Positions 1-9,601 are shown, counted from the stretch's first letter. The stretch: DNA of 64,000 nucleotides from an uncultured Eubacteriales bacterium (GCA_900549725.1 URPL01000007.1:6031-70030); one strand, 5' to 3'. Made by a program: numbers and translations. Notes: a model not told the origin generated them from the letters alone.

Positions 1-1563
1 CGGCTGGACAACGGCGATGCGCTCCCGCAAAAGGACGGAAAGCTTTCTTCTACCGATACCAAGGAGCTGTATGCGCCGCGCGCCGGCGGATCTCATTTCT
101 ATATGACCGTTGAAATCCCGATTGCAAAGGGTGTGGATCTTTATTATATCAGCGGAGAGCGCATTCTCGATATTGTAATGCAATATAATATGCTCTCGGG
201 AGGGGGTTGCCTTCCGCCGCTTTGGGGGCTTGGGTGTCAATACCGCTGCTATAAGAATTTCGATGCGCAGCAGGCGCTGAATCTGGCAAAAAAGCTGCGC
301 TGCGACCACATTCCATTTGACATGTTCGGGCTTGAGCCCGGCTGGCAGGACCAAAGCTATTCCTGCTCCTATCATTGGTCCGAGGAGCGCTTCCCGCACC
401 CGGAGCAGACCCTGCGGGAGTTTGCAAAGCTAGGATACCGCGTCAGCCTTTGGGAGCATGCCTTTGTGCACCCGAGCTCCGCGCTGTATCGCCCGCTTTT
501 GCCCTATGCCGGAGAATATACCGTTTGGTTCGGGCTGGTGCCCGATTTCTCCATGCCGCAGGCAGAGCAGATCTACGCGGATTTTCACCGGGAGCAGTTT
601 GTCAAAAACGGCGTGGCGGCATTCAAGCTGGATGAATGCGACGACAGCGATTTCTGCGGCGGCTGGTCGTTCCCGGATTGCGCCGATTTCCCGGGCGGAA
701 TGGACGGCGAGCAATACCACAGCATGTTCGGAACGCTATATGCAAAGACGATTCTGCGCGCGCTTGGGGAGAAAAAGACCTTTTCTTTGGTGCGCAATCT
801 CGGCGCGCTTGCCGCTTCCTATCCCTTTGCGCTGTATTCCGATCTTTATGATCATGAATATTATATCATGGCGACGGTCAATTCCGGCTTTTCGGGGCTT
901 TTGTGGTCGCCCGAGGTGCGCGATGCCAACAATGCGTATTATCTGCGCCGCAGGGTACAGACCGCCGTGTTCAGCGCGTTTACGCTGGTGAACGCATGGT
1001 ATCTTGAGCAGACACCGTGGGACGAATTTGACTGCATGGAGCAGGTGCGGGAGCTTTTCCGTTTGCGTATGGCGCTGATCCCGTATCTGTATGAGGCATA
1101 TCATGCCTATCACACAACCGGCAAGCCGCCTGTGCGGGCGCTTGTGTGCGATTTTGAAGAAGAGGAGCAGGCGCGGGAGCAGTGGGATGAATATCTGTTC
1201 GGAGATGCGATGCTGGTTGCCCCCATCACCGATGAAAACAAGGAACGGGATGTTTATCTGCCGCGCGGCGAATGGATCGGCTTTTTTGACGGCAAACGGT
1301 ATGCGGGCGGGGTGCACCATGTAATCACCGATGAGATTCCCGTGTTTGTCAAGGCGGGTTCGCTGATTCCCCTGGCAGATGCGGTGGAGCACATTGAAGA
1401 GCAGACACGTTTTGCGGTGATGCTGCATGCCTTCGGCGATTGCCGAAACAGTGTATGCCGCCTTGCGGACGACGACGCGGACGGAACGGTTTTTTGCATA
1501 GATTCCGTTGCCCGCGGGCGCTTTGGCAAGCGCTATGAGATTGTCGGGCTCAAACAACACTGA
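1..1563 (+). CDS. Glycoside hydrolase family 31 protein (alpha-glucosidase/alpha-xylosidase-like), N-terminus upstream of window
   Basis: Frame 1 is open from nt 1 into the listed ORF 103..1563, so the gene is 5'-truncated by the window edge. The translation has a YicI-like GH31 nucleophile region (GVAAFKLDECDD) and the downstream blocks GLLWSPEVRD and IPYLY. Confidence 0.75.
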   Translation, partial: RLDNGDALPQKDGKLSSTDTKELYAPRAGGSHFYMTVEIPIAKGVDLYYISGERILDIVMQYNMLSGGGCLPPLWGLGCQYRCYKNFDAQQALNLAKKLRCDHIPFDMFGLEPGWQDQSYSCSYHWSEERFPHPEQTLREFAKLGYRVSLWEHAFVHPSSALYRPLLPYAGEYTVWFGLVPDFSMPQAEQIYADFHREQFVKNGVAAFKLDECDDSDFCGGWSFPDCADFPGGMDGEQYHSMFGTLYAKTILRALGEKKTFSLVRNLGALAASYPFALYSDLYDHEYYIMATVNSGFSGLLWSPEVRDANNAYYLRRRVQTAVFSAFTLVNAWYLEQTPWDEFDCMEQVRELFRLRMALIPYLYEAYHAYHTTGKPPVRALVCDFEEEEQAREQWDEYLFGDAMLVAPITDENKERDVYLPRGEWIGFFDGKRYAGGVHHVITDEIPVFVKAGSLIPLADAVEHIEEQTRFAVMLHAFGDCRNSVCRLADDDADGTVFCIDSVARGRFGKRYEIVGLKQH

Positions 1564-1571
1564 AAAATAAG

Positions 1572-1609
1572 AAAAAGTGCCGCTGCATACGCAGCGGCAC
1601 TTAATTTTT
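1572..1609. terminator. Bidirectional intrinsic terminator
   Basis: Perfect 11-bp stem AGTGCCGCTGC / GCAGCGGCACT, loop ATAC, with an A-run upstream and a T-run downstream. Sits between the convergent GH31 and ispH/S1 genes. Confidence 0.8.
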
Positions 1610-1617
1610 GCTCGGAA

Positions 1618-3714
1618 TTATTCGGCGTCGTCTTCAGCAGCTTCTTCCACCGCGTCTGCAACTTCTTCGATGGCTTCGTCTTCGGCTGCATATTCCTCAG
1701 CTTCTTCCTCTGCCTCGGTCTCATAGTCCTCATCATTCAAAAGAGCGCGAATGGAGAGGGAAACCTTCTGTGCATCCATATCAATGCCGACAATCTTTGC
1801 ATCCACAACCTGGCCCTTTTCCAAAACCTCGGCAGGGGATGCGATGCGGTGATCGGTAATCTGCGAGATGTGAATCAAGCCGTCCACACCGGGCACGATT
1901 TCGGCAAATGCGCCGAAGGGCATCATGTTGACGATCTTCACGGAAGCAACGTCGCCGACCTCGTATTGATCGGTGAAGATCTTCCAAGGATTCATTTCCT
2001 CGGTCTTATAGCCAAGGGAAATGCGCTTTTTCTCGGGATCGAAGTCCTTGACAAAGACGTCGATGTGCTGGCCGAGCTCAACCACGGCAGAGGGATGCTT
2101 GATGTGTCTCCAGGACAGCTCGGAGGTATGTACCATACCGTCCACACCGCCAAGATCAACAAAAGCACCGTAGGGCATGAAGCTCTTTACAACACCGTCA
2201 TAATGCTTGCCGACTTCGATATTCTTCCAAAATTCTTCTTCCTTTGCGGCGCGCTCTTCGCGGAGCACTTCGCGGATGGAAGCGACGGCGCGGCGGCGCT
2301 GCTCGTTGATATCGATGATCTTCACGCGCTGCGTGGTGCCCATGAGCTGTGCCATGTCGGCGCCGCGGGGCAGGCCGGACTGGGATGCGGGGATAAACAC
2401 CTTTGTGCCGCAGACATAGATCAGAGCGCCTTTTTCCATGGTCTCAACGATCTTGCCGGTGAGAACGGAGCCCTCTTGATATGCCTTGAGAATATCCTGC
2501 CAGTGGTGAATGCTGTCAACACGCTTTTTGGACAGGGTTGCCGTTCCGTCGACATCACTGACGCGGAACGCGATTGCTTCGATCTCGTCGCCGACTTTGT
2601 ACATCGTCTTGACGTCAACGGTCGGATTGTCCGTAATATCGTCGAAGGACAGAATGCCGGTCACTTTGGAGCCGATATCCACATGGATCTCGGTCGGGGT
2701 GATCGAAGTGATAATGCCCTTAACAACATCTCCTGTATTTAAAGTTTTGAAGGATTCATCCAGCATTTGCTCAAAGGTTTGTTCGTTTGTGTTTTGTTCA
2801 TTCATGGTTTTTCTTACCTCCTGTATAATATCGCGGGGGGTGGAAGCACCCGCGGTAATACCCACAAGACTGTGAGCAGCTAACGAAGGACGCGGCACCT
2901 CGCCTGCTTCTTCGACAAAGAAGGTCTGCGGGCAAAAGCGCTTGCTGATGGCATAGAGCTTTTGCGTATTGGAGGAGCTTTTCCCGCCGACAACCAGCAT
3001 CACATCGGCACGCTTTGCCAAAGCCGCCGTTTCCGATTGTCTGTCTTCCGTAACACTACATATTGTATCAAAAATATTTGCATTTGTATATAGTTTTTTT
3101 AATTTTTTCTGACATTTTTTATATTCCGATAGACTTTGCGTGGTCTGAGAGACCAAAATCAGGCGTTTTTTCTGCGCAAGAGCCTCGGCGTTTGCCGTAA
3201 GATATGCTTCAAACGATGCAAAATCCGCAAAAACTTCGCTGCGGCAGGAGAAATAACTGCGGATTCCTTCCACCTCCGGGTGCCGCTCATCCCCGAAAAT
3301 AAGGCCGAGCGCCTCCTCCGGATGCTCCGAAAACGGGGCAGATTCCTCTTTGGCGATGCGGTGTATTTTTTTGACAAACGGACAGGTGCAGTCCACAACG
3401 GAAAGCGAAGGAGCGCTCTTTTGTACCAGACGCAGATGCTGCTCCTGTGCCTGCGCGATGCCGTGTGTGCGTATGACAAGCACTGTTTTTTTGCCGCCCT
3501 TTGCCGCATTTAATGCGGCTTGCAGCTCTGCTTCATCGGAAAGCACGGTAACGCCCCCGCGCGAAAGCTCAGCGGTGACATGCGGGTTATGAATCAGGCA
3601 GCCGAGGGTATACAGCCTTGCGCCGTCGTTTTCTTCAATCAAAGCGCGAACGGTTTTGACCGCACGCTCCACCCCAAAGCAAAACCCCGCGCTTTTTGCA
3701 AGCTCAATTTTCAT
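1618..3714 (-). CDS. ispH: Bifunctional 4-hydroxy-3-methylbut-2-enyl diphosphate reductase (IspH/LytB) fused to ribosomal-protein-S1-type repeats
   Basis: The N-terminal part begins MKIELAKSAGFCFGVERAV, an IspH signature. The C-terminal part has four S1 OB-fold repeats (GDVVKGIITSITPTEIHVDIG, GSVLTGKIVETMEKGALIYV, GKHYDGVVKSFMPYGAFVDLG, GDVASVKIVNMMPFGAFAEI) and an acidic tail. I moved the start to ATG 3714 (the ORF track gives 3828); it overlaps the plsC stop by 11 nt. Confidence 0.85.
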   Translation of the reverse strand: MKIELAKSAGFCFGVERAVKTVRALIEENDGARLYTLGCLIHNPHVTAELSRGGVTVLSDEAELQAALNAAKGGKKTVLVIRTHGIAQAQEQHLRLVQKSAPSLSVVDCTCPFVKKIHRIAKEESAPFSEHPEEALGLIFGDERHPEVEGIRSYFSCRSEVFADFASFEAYLTANAEALAQKKRLILVSQTTQSLSEYKKCQKKLKKLYTNANIFDTICSVTEDRQSETAALAKRADVMLVVGGKSSSNTQKLYAISKRFCPQTFFVEEAGEVPRPSLAAHSLVGITAGASTPRDIIQEVRKTMNEQNTNEQTFEQMLDESFKTLNTGDVVKGIITSITPTEIHVDIGSKVTGILSFDDITDNPTVDVKTMYKVGDEIEAIAFRVSDVDGTATLSKKRVDSIHHWQDILKAYQEGSVLTGKIVETMEKGALIYVCGTKVFIPASQSGLPRGADMAQLMGTTQRVKIIDINEQRRRAVASIREVLREERAAKEEEFWKNIEVGKHYDGVVKSFMPYGAFVDLGGVDGMVHTSELSWRHIKHPSAVVELGQHIDVFVKDFDPEKKRISLGYKTEEMNPWKIFTDQYEVGDVASVKIVNMMPFGAFAEIVPGVDGLIHISQITDHRIASPAEVLEKGQVVDAKIVGIDMDAQKVSLSIRALLNDEDYETEAEEEAEEYAAEDEAIEEVADAVEEAAEDDAE

Positions 3715-4345
3715 TGCTTTTTTGCGGGGCGGGCGGGGAATATTTGCGCGGCAGAGAGCAAATGCGTGCAAAGAGAAGCTTTGTCGCCGCTTCGTAATCG
3801 CCGTGCTCGTGCTCCGTATTTTCCGCAAGCCCGAGCTCCTGTGGAGAAATAGGCGCGCCGTATACTACGCGAATACGGCGGAAAATGCGCGGGGCAAACC
3901 CTTTTGTGTCAATATAAACGGGCAAAATCGGCACCTGTGCCCGATAGCACAGCATTGCGGCACCGTGATGCGTGGAGGTGAGGGAGGGCTCAACGCCCGG
4001 GCGGCGCGTGCCCTGCGGAAAAATCGCGACCGATTTGCCGTCCTTCAAAAGGGAGATGGCATGGCGCAGGGAAGAGAGATCAGCTGCGCCGCGATTGACG
4101 GGAAACGCCCCGAGGCTGCGAAAAAACGCGCCGAGCAGGGGAATTGCGATCAGTTCTTTTTTCGCCATAAAAAAAAGCTGCTGCCGCACGCCGATTCCGC
4201 TTGTGATAATATCGCTGAAAGAAAGATGATTGGCGCAGAGCAGATACGGCCCCTGCGGCTCGTTTTCCTGCCCTTCAAATTCCACGCGATAAAAGAGCCT
4301 TGCAAAGCCGTAGGCTATTTTCTTCCAAAACGAATATGCGCTCAT
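3704..4345 (-). CDS. plsC: 1-acyl-sn-glycerol-3-phosphate acyltransferase
   Basis: 213 aa with the acyltransferase HX4D motif (NHLSFSD) and an FPQGTR block. ATGA overlap with the cmk stop. Sits in the cmk-plsC-ispH/S1 gene order. Confidence 0.8.
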   Translation of the reverse strand: MSAYSFWKKIAYGFARLFYRVEFEGQENEPQGPYLLCANHLSFSDIITSGIGVRQQLFFMAKKELIAIPLLGAFFRSLGAFPVNRGAADLSSLRHAISLLKDGKSVAIFPQGTRRPGVEPSLTSTHHGAAMLCYRAQVPILPVYIDTKGFAPRIFRRIRVVYGAPISPQELGLAENTEHEHGDYEAATKLLFARICSLPRKYSPPAPQKSNEN

Positions 4346-5025
4346 ACGATCCCCTCGCTCTTTTCGCGGATGATGGAAAGCACGGCGTCCACCGTCTGCT
4401 CAAAATCAAGCGCGGAGCTGTCCAGCATGACCGCGTCCGCCGCGGGCACGCAGGGGGCGACGGCGCGCGTTGCGTCGCGTGCGTCACGCTCCTCCATTTC
4501 GGCAAGAATCTGCGAAAAAGAGACATCCTGTCCGCGCGCCTTCAGCTCCGCAACACGGCGGCGCGCCCGTTCTTTGGCGCTGGCAAAGAGGAAAATCTTT
4601 ACCTTAGCCTGCGGAAAGATCACGGTGCCGATGTCTCTGCCGTCCATAATGATATTATAGCGGCGGGAAAGGCTGCGCTGTGTGTCCAAAAGAAAGGCGC
4701 GCACCTGCGGGATTTTTGAGACGCAGGAGGCATAATGGGAAACAATGTTCTCCCGAATGGCAGTGCTGACGCATTCGCCGTTTAAATAAACCTGCTGTTC
4801 TCCGTTTTCGTCATAGGAAAGATCTACCTGCACCTGCGGCAGCACGGCGCAGACCGCCTGCGCATTCTCCGGGTCGATATTCGCGCGAAAGACAAAAAGC
4901 CCGATAGTGCGATACAGCGCGCCCGTATCGACATAGGTAAATCCCAGCCGCTTTGCAACGCTTTTGGCAACGGTGCTTTTGCCGGCACCGGAGGGCCCGT
5001 CCAGGGCAATTTGAATGAATTCCAT
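4342..5025 (-). CDS. cmk: Cytidylate kinase
   Basis: 227 aa with P-loop GPSGAGKST followed by YVDTGALYR, a typical Cmk N-terminus. Confidence 0.9.
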   Translation of the reverse strand: MEFIQIALDGPSGAGKSTVAKSVAKRLGFTYVDTGALYRTIGLFVFRANIDPENAQAVCAVLPQVQVDLSYDENGEQQVYLNGECVSTAIRENIVSHYASCVSKIPQVRAFLLDTQRSLSRRYNIIMDGRDIGTVIFPQAKVKIFLFASAKERARRRVAELKARGQDVSFSQILAEMEERDARDATRAVAPCVPAADAVMLDSSALDFEQTVDAVLSIIREKSEGIV

Positions 5026-5053
5026 ATCGGTTTCCTTTCCGTTTCTTTTTCAT

Positions 5054-6310
5054 TTATGGGATGAGCGCGGCTGCCTTTCCCGCCGCATTTGCACAGGCAA
5101 AGCAGATTTGCAGATTATATCCGCCCGTATAGGCATCCACATCGATCATCTCGCCCGCAAAGTACAGGCCGCTGCAAAGGCGGGATGCCATGGTGCGCGG
5201 GTCGAGCTCGCGGGTGTCAACGCCGCCGCGGGTGACGATGGCTTCGTCAATAGGGCGAAATTTTGTGGGATGCAGCGTAAAATCCTTGATCACGCGGCAC
5301 AGGGCGCGGCGCTGCTCTTTGGTGATCTGATGCACCTTTTGGTGCGGGGGGATACCGCAGCGGGCAATCACCGGGTCGATCAGGGCACGGGGCAGAAGCG
5401 CCCCGAGCGAATTCTGAAAATCGCGGTTTGCATTTTCCGAGAAATCGGAAAGAATGCGCGCATTTAATGTTTTTTCGTCCAGTGCGGGCTTGAAATCCAG
5501 GTGAACGACAAGGCGTGACAGCTCTTTTTCTTCAAGATCGGCGGAGGCGCTGAGAATCATCGGGCCGGAAACGCCGAAATGCGTGAACAGCATTTCCCCA
5601 AAGTCCGAATATACGGTTTTACCGTCCTGCCCGACGGTGATGCGCAGCGCCGTGTTTTTCGGCGCAAGCCCCGCCATTGCCGCACAATCCTTTTCCGCGC
5701 ATTCTATGGGGATGAGGGAAGGGGCGGGAGAAATGATCGTGTGTCCTGCCTCTTCGGCAAAGCGATAGCCGTCTCCGGTGGAGCCGGTTGCGGGATAGGA
5801 AAGCCCGCCGCAGGCAAGGATCACACAGTCTGCCTGTGCCTCCCCGTGCGCTGTGAGGACTCCGCAGCAGCGCGTTTTGTCCTGCGAGAGCAGGAGCCCT
5901 GTTACCGTTCCATGCACAAGCTCTGCGCCGCATCTTGTAAGATAGCGTTTGAGCGCTCCGACGACATCAGCGGCACGGTCCGAGACGGGAAACACGCGAC
6001 CGCCGCGCTCCGTTTTGAGCGGGCAGCCGAGCGATTCGAACAAATCCATGGTGCCCGATGGAGGAAAGGCATGCAGCGCGCTTTGCAAAAAGCGCGGATT
6101 GCGCCGTGTTGCCTCCAAAACCTCGGAAGCGCTGCAGTTGTTGGTGAGATTACAGCGCCCTTTGCCTGTGATCGCCAGCTTTTTCCCGACGCGGTCATTT
6201 TTTTCATACAGGCGCACGGCGGCACCGCTCTCGGCGGCGCGGCAGGCGGCAAGCATGCCCGCAGGGCCCGCGCCCACCACAATCACGCGGCGCTTTTGTT
6301 CAGTGTGCAC
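5054..6310 (-). CDS. NAD(P)/FAD-dependent oxidoreductase, HI0933/BaiN-like flavoprotein
   Basis: Has the dinucleotide-binding motif VIVVGAGPAGMLAA and a C-terminal TGGYNLQ..AG block. The ORF-track N-terminus (to 6424) runs through the upstream rpiR-like gene. I therefore placed the start at in-frame GTG 6310 (VHTEQKRRVIVVGAG), which overlaps the upstream stop. The start remains uncertain. Confidence 0.7.
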   Translation of the reverse strand: MHTEQKRRVIVVGAGPAGMLAACRAAESGAAVRLYEKNDRVGKKLAITGKGRCNLTNNCSASEVLEATRRNPRFLQSALHAFPPSGTMDLFESLGCPLKTERGGRVFPVSDRAADVVGALKRYLTRCGAELVHGTVTGLLLSQDKTRCCGVLTAHGEAQADCVILACGGLSYPATGSTGDGYRFAEEAGHTIISPAPSLIPIECAEKDCAAMAGLAPKNTALRITVGQDGKTVYSDFGEMLFTHFGVSGPMILSASADLEEKELSRLVVHLDFKPALDEKTLNARILSDFSENANRDFQNSLGALLPRALIDPVIARCGIPPHQKVHQITKEQRRALCRVIKDFTLHPTKFRPIDEAIVTRGGVDTRELDPRTMASRLCSGLYFAGEMIDVDAYTGGYNLQICFACANAAGKAAALIP

Positions 6311-7175
6311 CGTCGTCCTCTTTCTTTTCGTATACGTCGAATTGATCCCACATGCCCTCAAGTGTTGAAAACACGGAGCAAACCTCATCGGATTTCTGCC
6401 GCGTGACTGCGGCAATGAGTGCATTGATCAGAGAGAGCGGCGCAACCAGGGAATCCACAAAGGATGCCATATCGCTCTTTGCGGTTAGGGTGTAATCTGC
6501 AAATTCCGTCAAAGGGGAGGCGCTGTTATCCGTGATGGCAAGCGTGTTTGCACCGTGCGCCTGCATATATTCCATGGCGGCGACCACTCTTTTGGAATAC
6601 CGCGGAAAAGAAATGCCGATAAAGAGATCTCCTTTTTTGGCGCGGAAAATCTGTTCGAACACTTCGCTGCGCGAGGTGGTCTGCAGGAGCTTGACATCCT
6701 CAAAAATCATATTGAAATAAAAATAGAGGAAGGAGGCAAGCGCCGAGGAGGAACGCACCCCCATGATATAAATGCGCTTTGCATGCACAATAGCATTCAC
6801 CGTCGCTTCGAAAGCCGCCCCGTTCAGATGTTCCAGGGTATAGCGGATTTTTTCCATATCTGAAGCGAGAATCTTTTCCGGAACGCTGCCGTCCCCGATG
6901 CGGAAATCGGAAACCTCGATGCGCTGCAGGGCGGTGAGCTTGTTGCGGATCAGCTCCTGCAGAGATTTTTGCAGCTCGGGATAACCGTCAAAGCCGAGCT
7001 CATCCGCAAAGCGGACCACCGTTGATTCCGAAACGCCGACCGTTGCGCCCAGGCGCGAGGCGGTCATATAGGCAGCCTTTTCATAATGCTGCAGCATATA
7101 GGTTCCGATGAGTTTCTGTCCTTTGGAAAACCCGCTCATGCGGGCTTCGATCAGCCGCAAAACGTCTGCTTCCAT
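6300..7175 (-). CDS. MurR/RpiR family transcriptional regulator (HTH + SIS domain)
   Basis: 291 aa with an N-terminal HTH (TASRLGATVGVSESTVVRFADELGF) and a C-terminal SIS-type sugar-phosphate-binding region. Confidence 0.8.
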   Translation of the reverse strand: MEADVLRLIEARMSGFSKGQKLIGTYMLQHYEKAAYMTASRLGATVGVSESTVVRFADELGFDGYPELQKSLQELIRNKLTALQRIEVSDFRIGDGSVPEKILASDMEKIRYTLEHLNGAAFEATVNAIVHAKRIYIMGVRSSSALASFLYFYFNMIFEDVKLLQTTSRSEVFEQIFRAKKGDLFIGISFPRYSKRVVAAMEYMQAHGANTLAITDNSASPLTEFADYTLTAKSDMASFVDSLVAPLSLINALIAAVTRQKSDEVCSVFSTLEGMWDQFDVYEKKEDDGAH

Positions 7176-7196
7176 TTCAGCTTCCTCACTTTTCCT

Positions 7197-8309
7197 TCAG
7201 TCGTTTTTGAGTGCCTGCTCGCGCGGGAGCAAATAACCGAGAGCTACGAGCGCCTCAGCCTCCAAAACAGCACCGCCGGCGGCGCCGCGCAGCGTATTAT
7301 GCGAAATTCCGACAAATTTATAATCAAACAGCGTATCCTCTCTCAGGCGCCCGAGGGAGATGCCCATTCCGCCCTCAAGGTCGCGGTCAAGGCGGGTCTG
7401 CGGGCGGTCGGGTTCTTCAAAATAGGTCAAAAACTGCTTCGGCGCAGAAGGCAGCTCCATTTTTTGCGGCAGGGAGCGATAATTTTTCCAAGCCGTGAGG
7501 ATCTGCTTTTTGGTCGGTTTTTCGGCAAAGCGCACAAAGGTGCAGGCAAGGTGCCCGTTTGTCACGGGGACGCGGATACACTGCGAGGTGATCAGCGGCG
7601 CTTTGGCGCATACAATGCTGCCGTTTTCGATATGCCCCCAGATTTTCAGCGGCTCCTGCTCGCTTTTTTCCTCTTCGCCGCCGATATAAGGAATCACATT
7701 GTCCTGCATCTCCGGCCATTCGCGAAAGGTCTTTCCCGCGCCGGAAATCGCCTGATAGGTAGTAACGACGACCTCGGTCGGCTTATAGTCAAGCAGCGCG
7801 GAGAGCGCGGGAACATAGCTTTGAATGGAGCAGTTCGGCTTGACGGCGATAAAGCCGTATTTTGTGCCGAGGCGTTTGCGCTGAGAGGGAATAACGGCAA
7901 AGTGATCGGCGTTGATCTCCGGAATCACCATGGGAACATCCGGCGTGCCGCGATGCGCGGAGTTGTTGGAAACAACGGGAATCTCCGCTTTGGCATAGCG
8001 CTCCTCCAGCACCTTGATCTCATCCTTTGGCATATTGACCGCGCAGAAGACAAAATCCGTTTTTTCCTGCAGGGAGGCAATATCGCCTGCATCAAGCAGG
8101 CGCATCTCTTTGGCATAGGCGGGAATTTCGCCGCCGAGCTTCCAGCGGCCGCGCACAGCCTCTTCATAGCGCATGCCCGCGCTGCGGGCGCTTGCGGCAA
8201 GCGCGCTGACTTCAAAATAGGGATGGTTTTCCAGCAGCATTACAAAACGCTGACCGACCATTCCGGTAGCGCCGACAATTCCGACGCGCAGTTTTCTATC
8301 CGGTTTCAT
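7197..8309 (-). CDS. asd: Aspartate-semialdehyde dehydrogenase
   Basis: 370 aa with the N-terminal NAD(P) motif GIVGATGMVGQ and an active-site KPNCS block. A consensus promoter lies upstream. Confidence 0.9.
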   Translation of the reverse strand: MKPDRKLRVGIVGATGMVGQRFVMLLENHPYFEVSALAASARSAGMRYEEAVRGRWKLGGEIPAYAKEMRLLDAGDIASLQEKTDFVFCAVNMPKDEIKVLEERYAKAEIPVVSNNSAHRGTPDVPMVIPEINADHFAVIPSQRKRLGTKYGFIAVKPNCSIQSYVPALSALLDYKPTEVVVTTYQAISGAGKTFREWPEMQDNVIPYIGGEEEKSEQEPLKIWGHIENGSIVCAKAPLITSQCIRVPVTNGHLACTFVRFAEKPTKKQILTAWKNYRSLPQKMELPSAPKQFLTYFEEPDRPQTRLDRDLEGGMGISLGRLREDTLFDYKFVGISHNTLRGAAGGAVLEAEALVALGYLLPREQALKND

Positions 8310-8352
8310 AATTCATTTCTCCGATATTTGCAATGATTTTGTATCTCCTAAT

Positions 8353-8381
8353 ATTATAGCAAGATATATGCGGTTTGTCAA
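8353..8381 (-). promoter_or_regulatory. Perfect consensus sigma-A promoter TTGACA-17-TGcTATAAT for asd
   Basis: Minus-strand read: -35 at 8376..8381, a 17-nt spacer ending in TGC, and -10 at 8353..8358. About 37-nt 5'UTR with a GGAGA SD. Confidence 0.6.
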
Positions 8382-8385
8382 AAGA

Positions 8386-8418
8386 TTTTGCAAGTTGTGC
8401 GGCATATAACTTGCAAAA
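8386..8418. repeat. 11-bp perfect inverted repeat TTTTGCAAGTT-N11-AACTTGCAAAA between divergent promoters
   Basis: Arms at 8386..8396 and 8408..8418 are exact reverse complements. The repeat lies 5 nt upstream of the asd -35 and 45 nt upstream of the EIIC-like gene -35. Confidence 0.6.
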
Positions 8419-8462
8419 ATTTTCGATTTGAAAAACGAAAGGAAAGAATTTTTTCCGCCGCG

Positions 8463-8491
8463 TTGACTTTTGCGGTTCAAAATGGTACAAT
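8463..8491 (+). promoter_or_regulatory. Sigma-A promoter TTGACT-17-TGgTACAAT for the EIIC-like/PAP2 unit
   Basis: Read directly from the sequence. Lies 35 nt upstream of GTG 8526. Confidence 0.55.
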
Positions 8492-8525
8492 AAACTCTCA
8501 ATGAATTCAAACAGGGGGCGATTTT

Positions 8526-9584
8526 GTGACGGTTGGAGCGTTTTTGCGCAAAAAGCAGATTGTGCTTTCTCCGAAGCTTTATTTTGTCGATGCCATGGGC
8601 AGTATGGCGCAGGGGCTTTTTGCCTCTCTTTTGATCGGAACGATTTTTTCAACGCTCGGCAAATTTACCGGTCTGCAGTTCTTCGCCATGATTGCCGCCT
8701 ATGCCACAAAAGCGACAGGGGCGGTGATCGGCGTTGCAATCGCCTATGCGCTGAAGGCGCCGCTGCTCGTGCTGCTCAGCGCCGGGGTGGTCGGTATGGC
8801 GGGCAACGACATTGCAACCGCTTTTTTGATCGACGGCGCGGAAAAAAATCTGACCGGCGGGCCGGCAGGGGCGTTTATCGCCGTTGTGATTGCGGCGGAG
8901 CTTGGCAAGCTTGTCAGTAAAGAAACGAAAATCGACATCTTGGTCACCCCGTGCGTTACGCTTCTCAGCGGCGTCGGAATTGCGGCGCTGGTGGGGCCGG
9001 GCGTCGGTTGGGTGATGTATTGGATCGGCAGCTTCCTCAACTATGCGACCGAGATGCAGCCGGTTCTCATGGGCATTGTGATCTCCGCCGCGGTCGGCGT
9101 GATACTCACCCTGCCGATCTCCTCCGCCGCAATCTGCGCCATGATCGGCATCGGCGGAATCGCCGGCGGGGCTGCTGCCGCGGGCTGCTGTGCGCAAATG
9201 GTCGGCTTTGCGGTAATGAGCTTTCGCGAAAACCGCTTCGGCGGGCTGATTGCGCAGGGGCTCGGCACCTCCATGCTGCAAATGGGCAATATTGTGAAGA
9301 ATCCGCGCATTTGGATTCCCCCGACGCTCGCCTCCATGATCACGGGTCCGCTTGCAAGTGCGGTATTCGGGCTGCGCTGCGAGGGCGTTTCCGCCGGAAT
9401 GGGAACCTGCGGCCTGGTCGGTCCGCTCGGTATTCTCACGGCGACGGACCGCACGCCCATGATGTGGGTCGGGCTTTTGCTGGTTTGCTTTGTGCTTCCG
9501 GCAATTCTTTCGGAGGCGTTTGCGCTTTTGCTGCGCCGCATCGGATGGATTCGGGAAAACGATTTGAAGCTTGACCTTTCCTGA
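8526..9584 (+). CDS. Stand-alone PTS EIIC-like polytopic membrane permease
   Basis: 352 aa of Gly/Ala-rich multi-helix membrane protein. GTG start with an AGGGGG SD. The family assignment rests on my recognition of the N-terminal pattern only. No EIIA/EIIB/HPr genes are nearby. Confidence 0.55.
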   Translation: MTVGAFLRKKQIVLSPKLYFVDAMGSMAQGLFASLLIGTIFSTLGKFTGLQFFAMIAAYATKATGAVIGVAIAYALKAPLLVLLSAGVVGMAGNDIATAFLIDGAEKNLTGGPAGAFIAVVIAAELGKLVSKETKIDILVTPCVTLLSGVGIAALVGPGVGWVMYWIGSFLNYATEMQPVLMGIVISAAVGVILTLPISSAAICAMIGIGGIAGGAAAAGCCAQMVGFAVMSFRENRFGGLIAQGLGTSMLQMGNIVKNPRIWIPPTLASMITGPLASAVFGLRCEGVSAGMGTCGLVGPLGILTATDRTPMMWVGLLLVCFVLPAILSEAFALLLRRIGWIRENDLKLDLS

Positions 9585-9601
9585 AAAAGAAAAGAGGAGA
9601 C

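Noticed and set aside
8310-8462. Lysine riboswitch (L-box) upstream of asd
   Set aside because: The region is only about 150 nt. It is occupied by a consensus promoter and a simple inverted repeat, and I could not find conserved L-box helices or motifs.
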